Shown one piece after another: positions 31,920 to 42,067 of a stretch of 64,000 nucleotides of DNA. This DNA comes from Rhizobium sp. Q54. GTDB lineage: Bacteria; Pseudomonadota; Alphaproteobacteria; UBA7879; VGCX01. The DNA is taken from NCBI GenBank assembly GCA_945870825.1, contig CAMBTM010000004.1, positions 2,594-66,593 on the forward strand, written 5' to 3'. The position numbers and the translations under genes are program-made. The notes beneath the pieces are model-generated. The model was not told where the DNA came from and did no database searches. It was given only the letters and a program-made list of their open reading frames with translations. How positions within the stretch are numbered: the first letter of the stretch is position 1; each line of letters starts with the position of its first letter.

Positions 31920-33158
31920 ATGTGCAAAAAAAATAGTGTGTTATGGATGTGGTCGTTACTGTCGGCCTTTTTCTTTTATCAATTCGTTGCTCGCGTGTGC
32001 CCCAGCGTCATGGCGGATGAAATTCAACGGTATTTCCAGGTGGATGCTACCCAATTTGGCGTCTTGATGGGTATTTACTACGCGGCTTATGCCGCCATGC
32101 AAGTCCCCAATGGAATTATGCTGGATCTTTATGGTCCCCGTTATGTGGCAACCGTTTGCTGTATCCTTTGTGCCTTTGGGTGCTTGATCTTTTCCATGGC
32201 GGATAGTTGGTTCTTGATCAAGATGGCGCGCATGATGATAGGGGCTGGAAGTGCCGGGGCCTTTATTTCAACCTCAAAACTGATCCGCTCTTGGTTTGAT
32301 GAATCAAAATACGCCAAAATTGTGGGTATTACCATTACGATTGGGTTGATGGGCGGTATGTTTGGCGGCAAGCCTGTTGGGTTTTTAAAGAACGCAATAG
32401 GGTGGCAACATACGTTTTTCATCATTGCCTTGATCGGCATTGTCATTGCGCTTTTGATCTTTGTTTTTGTTCGAAACCCTGATGATTTTCAAGCAATTCA
32501 GCAAGAAAACAACATCTTGAAGCGGGCTTGGGATAAGATGATTTCTGAAAGAATCTACCTTATTGCGATCTTTGGATCCATTTTGTCTGGCCCTCTTTAT
32601 GGTTTTGCCGATTCTTGGGGGGTGTCTTATTTTAAACAAGCCTTGGGGTGGAGTGGCGATCTTGCTGAATATACCTCAACCATCGTTTATGGCGGCATGG
32701 CTTTAGGGGGTCCATTGATTGCCGTGTTGGCAGGCCAAAAGGGGCAATCGAACCGGAGCATCATTATCCTCAGTGGATTTTTTATGGCCATATGTATGGC
32801 GATCATCTTTGCAACGGAGCCGTCTTTTGGGATGGTTGCAGTGCTCCTTGGGATTCTTGGGTTCTTCTGTGCGTATCAGGTCTTAATCTTTGACCTTGTG
32901 GCCGAGCGGACACCTAAGAATCTGGCTGGTACCATGATTGGATTCGTGAATATGATCAATATGCTCAGCGGCTTTGTGTTTCCGTACCTTGTGGGCTCTC
33001 TGCTTGACTGCTTTTGGTCAGGTGAAATCCTTGAAGGTGTTCGGGTTTATTCTGCGACAGCCTTTACCATCGCCCTTTCAACGATTGTTTTAGGTCTTTT
33101 GATTGGCGCCGTTGGGTTTTATTTCATCAAGAGTGCATCCCAGAAAAAATCCGCTTAA
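31920..33158 (+). CDS. MFS transporter
   Basis: 12 predicted TM segments. MFS signature-like GPRY and MIGAGSAGAF loops. Confidence 0.75.
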   Translation: MCKKNSVLWMWSLLSAFFFYQFVARVCPSVMADEIQRYFQVDATQFGVLMGIYYAAYAAMQVPNGIMLDLYGPRYVATVCCILCAFGCLIFSMADSWFLIKMARMMIGAGSAGAFISTSKLIRSWFDESKYAKIVGITITIGLMGGMFGGKPVGFLKNAIGWQHTFFIIALIGIVIALLIFVFVRNPDDFQAIQQENNILKRAWDKMISERIYLIAIFGSILSGPLYGFADSWGVSYFKQALGWSGDLAEYTSTIVYGGMALGGPLIAVLAGQKGQSNRSIIILSGFFMAICMAIIFATEPSFGMVAVLLGILGFFCAYQVLIFDLVAERTPKNLAGTMIGFVNMINMLSGFVFPYLVGSLLDCFWSGEILEGVRVYSATAFTIALSTIVLGLLIGAVGFYFIKSASQKKSA

Positions 33159-33174
33159 GTTAACAACGTTTACC

Positions 33175-33213
33175 AATCCCCATCATACCTAAGCTGTGAT
33201 GGGGATTTTTTTA
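33175..33213 (+). terminator. Rho-independent terminator for the MFS gene
   Basis: Perfect 11-bp stem AATCCCCATCA/TGATGGGGATT with an 11-nt loop, followed by TTTTTTT. Overlaps the stop of the convergent CAP10 gene. Confidence 0.65.
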
Positions 33214-34298
33214 TACGCATTAAACACCCGGGCCAGGTAGTGCAACATCTCTTCATAGGTTAGGTTATCTCGCACAAACGCTTGGGCGTTATCGCTGATG
33301 ATTTGTGCCTCTTGTGGATGACTTTCGGCCCATTGATACTCGGCCTCAAGGTCGCTTAAATCTTTTTGCACTTCCACATAGTGTACCCCTGGTTTGATTC
33401 CCCCATAATACCATTGCTGGTGGGAGGACGCCTGTTTGAATGTCACAGAATTAGAGGCCAGTTTCCAAAGAAGCCCTGGCCAGGTGGAGCTGATGCCATC
33501 GAGAGATAAAAGATACTTAAACTGAATCTGATATTCTGGAATCATATAGGATTGATCCCGTCCATCGGTGATCACTGCATCTAGAAAAGGCAATGTCATT
33601 TGGACTACTCTTTCACGAATGGGGTTTGTATTGCTTCCCCGCCACAACAGGGTGTTCTTCTTCTTGGCCCATGGGAAGATAAAATTTGCGAAACGAATGG
33701 TTGGATAATGATACGCCCACCGGGACAGATTCATCCCATCAGGGATGAGGATTAAATTCCTTTGTCTCGCATCGCTCACATCCTTGGAAAAGACAAAAAT
33801 CGGAATCTCCCCCCGATATCCTTCAAAAATCTTATCATTGATACAAACAATAAAGTCCAGACCTTCAGGCAGGAGGTTTTCTTTCAACAAGATTTCCAAA
33901 GCATGGTGAAGAGCGGTTAGACGTCCTTGAAATTGTTGGATTGTTTGTGGGTATTGGATAATTTCCCCCTTTTTTATCGTAAAGCGCACTAAGAGGAATT
34001 TTTGAAGATCCTCTTTGGAAAATTGGCTCATATAGCTATCCAAAGATTCTTTCGAAGTGTGCGAAGGCGAGATGCTTGCCAGGTTTCCTTTGATCTGTTC
34101 TTGCATCCAGGAAGGCCCCAAACGTTCGATCTTTGTTCTTATATTTTTTCCATCATAAGGCGCAATCAAATAAAATTTCAGCCGTGCCAATGCGTCTACG
34201 GTATCAAATCGACTATCATCAAGTCCTCGCCATAATCCAAAAGGTAGGATATTAAAAATAACAATCATACAAAGAGTGATGAATAAAATTTTTTTCAT
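33189..34298 (-). CDS. Secreted CAP10/glycosyltransferase family 90-like protein (eukaryote-type LPS-modifying/O-glycosyltransferase domain)
   Basis: N-terminal signal peptide. LLWRGSNTNPIRERVV and surrounding W/R-rich motifs match the CAP10 domain. Confidence 0.55.
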   Translation of the reverse strand: MKKILFITLCMIVIFNILPFGLWRGLDDSRFDTVDALARLKFYLIAPYDGKNIRTKIERLGPSWMQEQIKGNLASISPSHTSKESLDSYMSQFSKEDLQKFLLVRFTIKKGEIIQYPQTIQQFQGRLTALHHALEILLKENLLPEGLDFIVCINDKIFEGYRGEIPIFVFSKDVSDARQRNLILIPDGMNLSRWAYHYPTIRFANFIFPWAKKKNTLLWRGSNTNPIRERVVQMTLPFLDAVITDGRDQSYMIPEYQIQFKYLLSLDGISSTWPGLLWKLASNSVTFKQASSHQQWYYGGIKPGVHYVEVQKDLSDLEAEYQWAESHPQEAQIISDNAQAFVRDNLTYEEMLHYLARVFNAYKKIPITA

Positions 34299-34352
34299 GA
34301 GCTTTCCAATCGATAAAATGGGAATTCTAGCAAAGAGAGCGAGGTCTTTCCA

Positions 34353-34375
34353 TAGCCAATTTTATCCTCAGATTT
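34353..34375. promoter_or_regulatory. Inverted pair of DnaA-box-like sequences (TTATCCTCA / TGTGGATAA) in the CAP10 gene promoter region
   Basis: TGTGGATAA is a perfect reverse-complement of the TTATCCACA consensus; the partner matches 8 of 9. They are 5 bp apart, 55-77 bp upstream of the CAP10 start. Confidence 0.3.
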
Positions 34376-34387
34376 TGTGGATAAGTC

Positions 34388-34429
34388 TGTGTAAAGAACC
34401 CTGAAAGGGGCGGGGGCTCTGCCCGCCCC
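34388..34429 (-). terminator. Candidate terminator hairpin downstream of rnr
   Basis: GGGGCGGG...CCCGCCCC GC-rich hairpin about 75 nt past the rnr stop. Moderately T-rich tract on the minus strand. Confidence 0.4.
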
Positions 34430-34501
34430 AGGAATGAGTCCGCTCTAGGGCTTTATCTTCCGTCAAACCCTTTGTTTTAAAGGGTTTCAAGGGAAGACCT
34501 T

Positions 34502-36505
34502 TTATCTCTTCTTCTTTGAAAACCCTGGTTTTTTTCCATATTTTTTAAGGGGGCTATTGGCCTGTGGGCCAAGAATGGGTTCAAAGGTCAACCGTCCCTT
34601 GGTTGTGTCTGCTTCCAACAGTTTGACCGTCATGGGATCCCCAAAGGAAAACACACGGCGTGTACGACGGCCTTCAAGGCGTGTTGGGAGCTCTTTATAG
34701 ATATAATAGTCATCACTCATCAGTCGCATGGGCACAAGGCCACTTGCCCCCATATGGGGGATATTCACAAAAAGGCCTGCCTTTGTAATGCCAGATATAT
34801 AGACTTCAAAGGTTTCTCCTTGGCGTCCGGCTAGATAATGGGTCATGTAACGATCCATGGCTTCACGTTCAGCCCCTTGGGCCCTGCGTTCTGCAATGGA
34901 AATATGAGCGCCGTATTCTTCAAAATTCTTCGCGTCTCCCTCAGGAAGCGCATCTTCTTTATAGCCCATAATCGATAAAAGACCCCGGTGGACCAGAATA
35001 TCGGCATATCGGCGAATGGGGGATGTGAAGTGAGCATAGTGTTCAAGGTTGAGTCCAAAGTGTCCAATATTCTTAGGACGATAAAGTGCTTGGCTTTGGG
35101 ATCGCAGCACCAGTTCGTTCACAATACTTTGGTGGGGAGTATCTTTAACGGACCCCAAAAGGGCTGTTAAGTCTTGAGGGGTTTTTAAAGGACCCCGATA
35201 AGCAATCTTCAAATGGTTCAGCATGCGCCGGACTTCCTCGATCTTTTCAAAATCGGGAATGTCATGGATACGATACATACAGGGCATATCAGCCTTTTCC
35301 AATGTTTCTGCTGCAGCCACATTGGCTAAAATCATGAATTCTTCAATAAGGCGATGGCTGTCGAGGCGTTCTTTTTGGATAAGATCTTTGACAAATCCCT
35401 TTTCATCAAAGATGACATAGGGTTCGATGCTATCGATTTCTAAGGTGCCACGGGCAATACGTCCTTTTTGCAAGGATTGAAAAGCACCGTAGAGAGGTTC
35501 CACAATATCTTTCATGGGATGGGTTGTCGACTCATGAATCATTTGCACTTCTTCATAGGTCATCCGGGCATGGGATTTCATCAGTCCCCGCACAAACTTG
35601 TCTTTTTTCTTTCGTCCTGCTGCATCGATCCAGATATGGACTGCAACACAGGCCCTATCTTCATTGGGATTGAGGGAACAAAGGCCGTTGGACAGCACAT
35701 GGGGAAGCATGGGGATGACACGGTCTGGGAAATAAACAGAGGTTCCCCGATCATAAGCCTCTTTATCCAATGTTGAACCAGGCCGCACGTAATGGGCTAC
35801 GTCAGCAATCGCCACAATAATATGAAAGCCGCCTGGGTTTTTGGGATCTCTATCAGGGGCGGCCCAGACGGCGTCATCAAAGTCTCTGGAATCTTTACCA
35901 TCAATAGTCACAAGGGACATATTTCTTAAATCTTCTCTGGTGCCAAGCGGGGGGACGGATCCTTTTTCTGCAATATTTAGGGCTTCTTGTGAAAATTCTA
36001 TCGGCAAATTGGCCATATGGGAGACAAGTAAGCTGACATCCGTTGTTTTACCAACCTCACTATCTACATGAATCACGGGCGGGTCTTCTGACATCACCGT
36101 TCCCCGCATGACCGATCCAGCGGTCGACGGATCAAAGGATCCTTCGTTATCTAACAAAAAGGCAATTTTAATCTTACGTTGCAAAGGGATAAAACGAATA
36201 CCTCGATCTGTGAGATAAACAGTCCCCAGAATGCTTGACCCGATCAGGCTTTGTGTTGGGAAGGGAGAAGATGTTAATTCTTTAACAAACCGCGGGACAG
36301 GCTTTCTGACATAAAGACCTTCTGTCGTTAAATCACGTAAAATATTCTTCAAGCGTCGTCTCATGCCAACACTACGCAGGCCCATTCCTTTCACAATATC
36401 GCGCTTTGTGGGAAGAGATGTGGACTTTTTAATAAATGCTAAAACATTGTCACGGGAAAGATCATGAGATTGTTTTTTAGATCCTTCTTCATTTTGATTA
36501 TTCAA
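34502..36505 (-). CDS. rnr: Ribonuclease R (RNase II/VacB family 3'-5' exoribonuclease)
   Basis: 667 aa. RNB catalytic domain with a C-terminal S1 domain and basic tail. Confidence 0.9.
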   Translation of the reverse strand: MNNQNEEGSKKQSHDLSRDNVLAFIKKSTSLPTKRDIVKGMGLRSVGMRRRLKNILRDLTTEGLYVRKPVPRFVKELTSSPFPTQSLIGSSILGTVYLTDRGIRFIPLQRKIKIAFLLDNEGSFDPSTAGSVMRGTVMSEDPPVIHVDSEVGKTTDVSLLVSHMANLPIEFSQEALNIAEKGSVPPLGTREDLRNMSLVTIDGKDSRDFDDAVWAAPDRDPKNPGGFHIIVAIADVAHYVRPGSTLDKEAYDRGTSVYFPDRVIPMLPHVLSNGLCSLNPNEDRACVAVHIWIDAAGRKKKDKFVRGLMKSHARMTYEEVQMIHESTTHPMKDIVEPLYGAFQSLQKGRIARGTLEIDSIEPYVIFDEKGFVKDLIQKERLDSHRLIEEFMILANVAAAETLEKADMPCMYRIHDIPDFEKIEEVRRMLNHLKIAYRGPLKTPQDLTALLGSVKDTPHQSIVNELVLRSQSQALYRPKNIGHFGLNLEHYAHFTSPIRRYADILVHRGLLSIMGYKEDALPEGDAKNFEEYGAHISIAERRAQGAEREAMDRYMTHYLAGRQGETFEVYISGITKAGLFVNIPHMGASGLVPMRLMSDDYYIYKELPTRLEGRRTRRVFSFGDPMTVKLLEADTTKGRLTFEPILGPQANSPLKKYGKKPGFSKKKR

Positions 36506-38851
36506 TCAACTATCCTTTATTTTCTTTTTATATTTTTTATTATCACCTTGTTCGGTCAAAATTGCAATGGCTCGATCGAATGACACCGCGAGAATGTTAT
36601 CATCTTTGATGGAGGCAAATGTTTTACCGTGTTTGACATAAGGACCGAACCGTCCAATACCAAGACTGATCATATCGCCTGTTTCTGGGTGTTTTCCAAG
36701 ATCCTTCGGGAGTGACAAAAGATTGAGCGCTTCTTGGAGCGTGACTTGGGCAGGATCCATCCCTTTTAAAAGAGAAATACGTTTAGGCTTTTCTTTCCCT
36801 TTGGCTTCCCCTAACTGAATATAAATACCATAAGGTCCCTTGCGGATGGTAATGTCTTGGGATGTTGCTGGATCTTTGCCAAGGATTTTAGGGTATTCAC
36901 CTTGTTCCCCGGCGCCCTCTGATCCTTCATCCTCTTTTAATAATTCCCCAATAGGTTGGGTATGTTTACACTCTGGGTAATCTGTACAGCCAATAAAGGC
37001 CCCAAAACGGCCAAGCTTGAGATGCAGTTTCCCTTTTTTACATGTGGGACAGGTACGATCATCATTGTTATTGGGGAAGAAAAACGTCCCAAGTTCCTTA
37101 TCAAGGACATCTAACACATCACCGATCTTCAAGTCTTTTGTTTTATCAACGGCAGCTTTGAACTCTTGCCAGAAGGTGGTTAGAACCTTTTTCCAAGACA
37201 AGGACCCTTCCGCAATTTCATCCAGCTCATCTTCCAAAGAAGCTGTGAAATCATATTCCACATATTTTTTAAAGAAGTTCTCCAAAAATGTGGAGACAAG
37301 ACGCCCCCTGCCATCCGGGATAAACTGGCGTTTTTCCAACGTTACGTAATGGCGCAGTTGCAGCACATGGAGAATAGAGGCGTAGGTGGAAGGCCGTCCA
37401 ATTCCCAATTCTTCCATCTTTTTAACCAAGCTTGCTTCTGTATAGCGGGGAGGGGGTTGGGTAAAATGCTGGCTGGGCTGGATAACTTCCTTAGAAACGG
37501 CTTCCCCTTCCTTTAAAACGGGAAGGCGGTTTTCTTTTTCTTCCTCATCCTCTTCTTCATCTTTTCCTTCACGGTACAAACAAAAGAATCCATCAAATTT
37601 GATGGTGGATCCAGTCGCCCGGAATGTAATTTTTTGATCATCGGATTGAAGATCAGCGACAACTTGGTCCAAAATGGCACTTTCCATTTGGGAGGCCAAA
37701 GCCCGTTTCCAAATCAGGGTATAGAGTTTTAGTTGTTGGGGATCCAAAAGAGATGCCAAGGACTCAGGTGTGCGTCTTAAATCAGTGGGTCGGATGGCTT
37801 CATGGGCTTCTTGAGCGTTTTTGGCCTTGGATTTGTAGAAACGAGGGGCCTCTGGTTTATAAGTTGGCCCATATTCCTTTTCAATATAGTCCCGGCATGC
37901 CGTGATGAAATCATTGGAAACATTAACACTGTCTGTTCTCATATAGGTAATAAGACCCACTGTTTCCCCTTTTAACTCAACGCCTTCATAAAGGCCTTGG
38001 GCCAATTGCATGGTGCGAGATGCGCCAAAATACAATTTACGGGCCGCCTCTTGTTGCAAGGTTGACGTGATAAAGGGCGGGGAGGGATGGCGTTTAGCCT
38101 GCTTTTTCTCAAGTGTTGCAACCTTAAAAGACTGGGGCTCAATTTGGGCCAGGGCTTCTTTCGCGAGAATTTCAGTATTTAAAGAAAACTTTGTGAGCTT
38201 CTTATCATTCAAATGGGTTAGGCGCCCGATGAAACTGTTTTTATCTTGGGTTTTAAAGGTTCCTTCAATGGTCCAATATTCTTCTGACTTAAATTTTTCA
38301 ATCTCCCCTTCGCGCTCTGTAATAAGACGCAGTGCCACCGATTGAACGCGTCCTGCAGACTTGCTGCCAGGCAATTTCCGCCATAAAACAGGCGACAGGG
38401 TAAACCCCACAAGATAATCCAAGGCCCGGCGAGCAAGGTACGCATTGACCAATTCTTGGTTCAACTGTCTGGGATGTTCGATGGCATCCACAATGGCTTT
38501 TTTATTGACCTCATGGAAGACGCTTCGGTAAACGGCTTTGTCTTTGAGAAGTTTTTTTTCTTTTAACGTTTCCAAAACATGCCAAGCAATGGCTTCTCCC
38601 TCGCGATCAGGGTCGGTTGCGAGATAAATGGCATCGGCTTTTTTAACGGCGTCCCCAATGAGTTTAAGGTTCTTTTTCCCCTCGTTAGACACTTCCCATA
38701 CCATGGAAAAGTCATGATCAGGATCGACGGAACCATTTTTGGATGGAAGGTCTCTGACGTGGCCATAACTTGCGAGGACTTGGAAATTAGACCCAAGATA
38801 TTTCCCAATGGTACGGGCTTTAGAGGGAGATTCCACAATTACAACATTCAT
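36506..38851 (-). CDS. topA: DNA topoisomerase I
   Basis: MNVVIVESPSKARTIGKYLG TOPRIM N-terminus. Active-site tyrosine region GLITYMRTDS. C-terminal zinc ribbons and basic repeats. 781 aa. Confidence 0.95.
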   Translation of the reverse strand: MNVVIVESPSKARTIGKYLGSNFQVLASYGHVRDLPSKNGSVDPDHDFSMVWEVSNEGKKNLKLIGDAVKKADAIYLATDPDREGEAIAWHVLETLKEKKLLKDKAVYRSVFHEVNKKAIVDAIEHPRQLNQELVNAYLARRALDYLVGFTLSPVLWRKLPGSKSAGRVQSVALRLITEREGEIEKFKSEEYWTIEGTFKTQDKNSFIGRLTHLNDKKLTKFSLNTEILAKEALAQIEPQSFKVATLEKKQAKRHPSPPFITSTLQQEAARKLYFGASRTMQLAQGLYEGVELKGETVGLITYMRTDSVNVSNDFITACRDYIEKEYGPTYKPEAPRFYKSKAKNAQEAHEAIRPTDLRRTPESLASLLDPQQLKLYTLIWKRALASQMESAILDQVVADLQSDDQKITFRATGSTIKFDGFFCLYREGKDEEEDEEEKENRLPVLKEGEAVSKEVIQPSQHFTQPPPRYTEASLVKKMEELGIGRPSTYASILHVLQLRHYVTLEKRQFIPDGRGRLVSTFLENFFKKYVEYDFTASLEDELDEIAEGSLSWKKVLTTFWQEFKAAVDKTKDLKIGDVLDVLDKELGTFFFPNNNDDRTCPTCKKGKLHLKLGRFGAFIGCTDYPECKHTQPIGELLKEDEGSEGAGEQGEYPKILGKDPATSQDITIRKGPYGIYIQLGEAKGKEKPKRISLLKGMDPAQVTLQEALNLLSLPKDLGKHPETGDMISLGIGRFGPYVKHGKTFASIKDDNILAVSFDRAIAILTEQGDNKKYKKKIKDS

Positions 38852-38963
38852 TCCTAAAAACCTTCCGTTATTCGTTTTCTAGCACTACCCTGGCTTGGCA
38901 TTGAATGCCTTATATAATGATTTGACGTCTCCTTCAAGCATAATGAGAGAAGAACATGCTCCA

Positions 38964-39165
38964 TAACAGGAAGAATCAAAAAAATGATCTCTTTGAAAAT
39001 GTGGGAAAATCCTACTTAAAATCAGGGGGGGTGGGATTATTGTGCAAAGGGTTTTGAACAGGAGACTCAAACTTAACAAGAGATTATCAGATTGTTGAAG
39101 CTTCCAGGAAATTGGGTTGAATTACCCCCCGAGATATGATGTACTGAAGAAAACAGGGGGACAAT
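38964..39165 (+). repeat. ~200-bp intergenic repeat, copy A (5' leader/promoter region of LRR gene 1)
   Basis: Over 95% identical to 41867-42067 and to the first 88 bp after 43703. Contains a G-rich SD (AGGGGG) 6 nt before the ATG. Confidence 0.85.
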
Positions 39166-41865
39166 ATGAATAATTTCAGTAAAACTTACTTAATAAAAAA
39201 GATTTATTTCAGTTTATTTTTAAGTATTGTAATATTGAGTCATCAGGGTTTTTGTGCAGCAAGTGACTACATTCTTCCACTGGCAGAAAAACATTTTACA
39301 AATTCTATTTGTTGTGTTGAAGGCTTTTGTGCTGTTGATGAGAGATGGATTGAGAATTTCGGCAAACGGGATGTAACTAGAGAAGAGGTTGCTAAACCCT
39401 TTAAATCGGCTCTGCAAAAGAAGATTGATGGGGAAGCTTCTAAAGGAAAAAATATCATTATCGCAGTTAAAGGATCAAGGATTCCTTTAGGATTCAATGA
39501 GGGTGATGGAGAGGCGGAGACAAAAGAGACGGTAGAAGACCGAGATGTTAAGGTAGCAGAGGATCGTGTGTATCGTTCTATTGATGCAAAAGAACTTTTT
39601 GGAGAGGATATCATCACAACCTATGCGGCAAAAGGATACACATTCTGGTCTAGGAATCCTATGAAAGCAGATGATGCGAAACAAGCTGAGAATAGAATTA
39701 ACTTCCAACAAGCCATAGGGGCCCGGTATGTTTGGGGGAGGGACATTGAAGAAGGTGGGATATTACCTGCAGCAACAGACGCTGAGGCAGTTTTGAATAC
39801 CCTAACGCCCCACGTGGTTTTTAGCACAGCAAATTTAAGCGATCAGGCTATTCGAACAAGAATTGAAGCCTTTTTTTATCGGGCCAATAAGGCTGTATGG
39901 CCAGGTATTTCTCCCGCTGGTAGAGAAAAAGAATGGGATGAAGCAAAATTGCTTCATGAATCCGTTGCTAAGGCTGTTGCGGTGATTGATCTGCAACCTA
40001 ATTCAGTCAAGGATTCCCCTGAAGTGCGCCTTGGGTTAAAGCATTCTTATATCCGACGGCTTATTGTTACAACTACGGCGCCAATAGAACCGGGGTTAAA
40101 GATTGGAGATGAATTCCTTTTTGGTTGCAATGAATTAACCTCTCTTGAATTCAGAGGGCTTGAGAGTGTCACAACGATTGGGGATAAATTCCTTGGGGGT
40201 TGTACTGGCTTACTCTCTCTTGAATTGAGAGGATTTGAGAATGTCACAACGGTTGGGAATTACTTTCTTTCTAGTTGTACTGGCTTACAATCTCTTGATT
40301 TGAGAGGATTTGAGAATGTCACAACGATTGGGAATTTCTTCCTTGTTAACTGCACTGCCTTACTCTCCCTGGATTTGAGTCCTTTAATGAATGTCAAAGC
40401 GATTGGGAATTACTTCCTTCTTCGTTGCAGTAGTCTAGACTCTCTGGATTTGAGTCCTTTAATGAATGTCACAACGATTGGGAATTACTTCCTTTATGAC
40501 TGCCCTCACTTAGACCCTCTTGAATTGAGGGGTATTGATTATGTAAAAAAAATTCAGCTCAATAATATTTTTGCACAAAATATTCGTGGCACGGAAGATT
40601 TTCATATTCTAGATATCAGACAGATTGAAAATATCGCCAATGAAAAACAGTGGGAATTAATTAAGGGAGAAGCTTGGAATATTTTAAACTCGCTCCTGCA
40701 AAGAATGCCAGACAAAATAATGCCAAACAGTAGTATTCTCGCAGTAAAAGGAGACATATCCCCGTTGGGTCATGAAGAGGCGGAGACAAAAGGGAAAGTA
40801 GAAGAGCTGGATGTTAAAGAAGCACAGGATACGGGGCATCCTGCTTTACGTGGGTATCATTCGATTGATCCAGTTGTCCTTTTTGGGGACAACATCATCA
40901 CAAGCTATGCGGCACAAGGATATACATTTTGGACTAGGAATCCTATGAAAGCAGATGGTGCGAAACAAGCTGAGAATAGAATTAACTTCCAACAAGCCAT
41001 AGGGGCCCGGTATGTTTGGGGGACGGATATTCAAGAAGGTGGGATATTACCTGATGCAACAGGTCCTGAGGCAGTTTTGAATACCCTAACGCCCCACGTG
41101 GTTTTTAGCACAGCAGATTTAAGAAATGACCCTATTTCACGAAATATTAACGCCTTTTTTGATGCGGCTAATACGCGTGCACGGGGCCCTGGAGGCGCCA
41201 GTGAAGAAGAGATATTAGCGGCTGAATCCAAGGTCAATGCTATTGCTGTAATTGATGTAGAGGCGGTGGAAACTGCTTCAGGCCATGAGCTGAAGCTTTC
41301 ATCGAGTAACTTATCTAAAATCCGACGGCTTATTGTTACAACTACGGCGCCAATAGAACCGGGGTTAAAGATTGGAAATGAATTTCTTTCTTCGTGCACG
41401 GAATTAACCTCTCTTGAATTCAGAGGGTTTGAGAAGGTCACAACGATTGGGGATGACTTCCTTATTATTTGTAACGGCTTAACCTCTATTGATTTGAGTG
41501 GTTTAAGGAATGTCACAACGATTGGGAATGGCTTCCTTTGCTTATGTATTCGCTTACAATCTCTTAATTTGAGAGGGCTTGAGAATGTCAAAACGATTGG
41601 GAATTCCTTCCTTTGCCGTTGTGCTCGCTTAAAATCTCTTGATTTGAGTCCTTTAATTAAGGTCACAACGATTGGGAATTACTTCCTTGGGGATTGTACT
41701 GGGTTAACCTCTCTTAATTTGAGGGGGCTTGAGAATATCACAACGATTGGGGATAATTTTCTTGCTAATACTAGTCCTCAAATTATTTCCATTAAATCAG
41801 CGATTGAAGCTAGGCCAGAACCTACTTTGGCAGAGAAAGTGAAGGGGTATATTGAAATCCGTTGA
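39166..41865 (+). CDS. Secreted leucine-rich-repeat protein (BspA-like ~23-aa LRR units); internally duplicated two-module paralog
   Basis: Sec signal peptide MNNFSKTYLIKKIYFSLFLSIVILSHQGFCA. Repeated units LTSLDLRGFENVTTIGNxFLxxCTG. Residues ~130-450 and ~540-899 are paralogous copies. Confidence 0.8.
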   Translation: MNNFSKTYLIKKIYFSLFLSIVILSHQGFCAASDYILPLAEKHFTNSICCVEGFCAVDERWIENFGKRDVTREEVAKPFKSALQKKIDGEASKGKNIIIAVKGSRIPLGFNEGDGEAETKETVEDRDVKVAEDRVYRSIDAKELFGEDIITTYAAKGYTFWSRNPMKADDAKQAENRINFQQAIGARYVWGRDIEEGGILPAATDAEAVLNTLTPHVVFSTANLSDQAIRTRIEAFFYRANKAVWPGISPAGREKEWDEAKLLHESVAKAVAVIDLQPNSVKDSPEVRLGLKHSYIRRLIVTTTAPIEPGLKIGDEFLFGCNELTSLEFRGLESVTTIGDKFLGGCTGLLSLELRGFENVTTVGNYFLSSCTGLQSLDLRGFENVTTIGNFFLVNCTALLSLDLSPLMNVKAIGNYFLLRCSSLDSLDLSPLMNVTTIGNYFLYDCPHLDPLELRGIDYVKKIQLNNIFAQNIRGTEDFHILDIRQIENIANEKQWELIKGEAWNILNSLLQRMPDKIMPNSSILAVKGDISPLGHEEAETKGKVEELDVKEAQDTGHPALRGYHSIDPVVLFGDNIITSYAAQGYTFWTRNPMKADGAKQAENRINFQQAIGARYVWGTDIQEGGILPDATGPEAVLNTLTPHVVFSTADLRNDPISRNINAFFDAANTRARGPGGASEEEILAAESKVNAIAVIDVEAVETASGHELKLSSSNLSKIRRLIVTTTAPIEPGLKIGNEFLSSCTELTSLEFRGFEKVTTIGDDFLIICNGLTSIDLSGLRNVTTIGNGFLCLCIRLQSLNLRGLENVKTIGNSFLCRCARLKSLDLSPLIKVTTIGNYFLGDCTGLTSLNLRGLENITTIGDNFLANTSPQIISIKSAIEARPEPTLAEKVKGYIEIR

Positions 41866-41866
41866 A

Positions 41867-42067
41867 AACAGGAAGAATCAAAAAAATGATCTCTTTGAAA
41901 ATATGAGAAAATCCTACTTAAAATCAGGGGGGGTGGGATTATTGTGCGCAGGGTTTTGAACAGGAGACTCAAACTTAACAAGAGGTTATCAGATTGTTGA
42001 AGCTTCCAGAAAATCCGGTTGAATTACCCCCCGAGATATGATGTACTGAAGAAAACAGGGGGACAAT
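41867..42067 (+). repeat. ~200-bp intergenic repeat, copy B
   Basis: Near-identical to 38964-39165. Confidence 0.85.

Noticed and set aside
38885-39079. 64-aa ORF conserved between the intergenic repeat copies (also 41778-41981)
   Set aside because: Conservation is explained by the DNA repeat itself. The copies diverge with frame changes at their ends, are low-complexity, and lie antisense in the leader of the LRR genes.
41031-41666. 211-aa minus-strand ORF (and the similar 229-aa ORF at 42889-43578) with repeated PIVVTFSSPLKSREVNPVQ units
   Set aside because: It is the antisense reading of the LRR repeat units of the + strand genes. Its periodicity simply mirrors the LRR periodicity. No independent start, RBS or domain signal.
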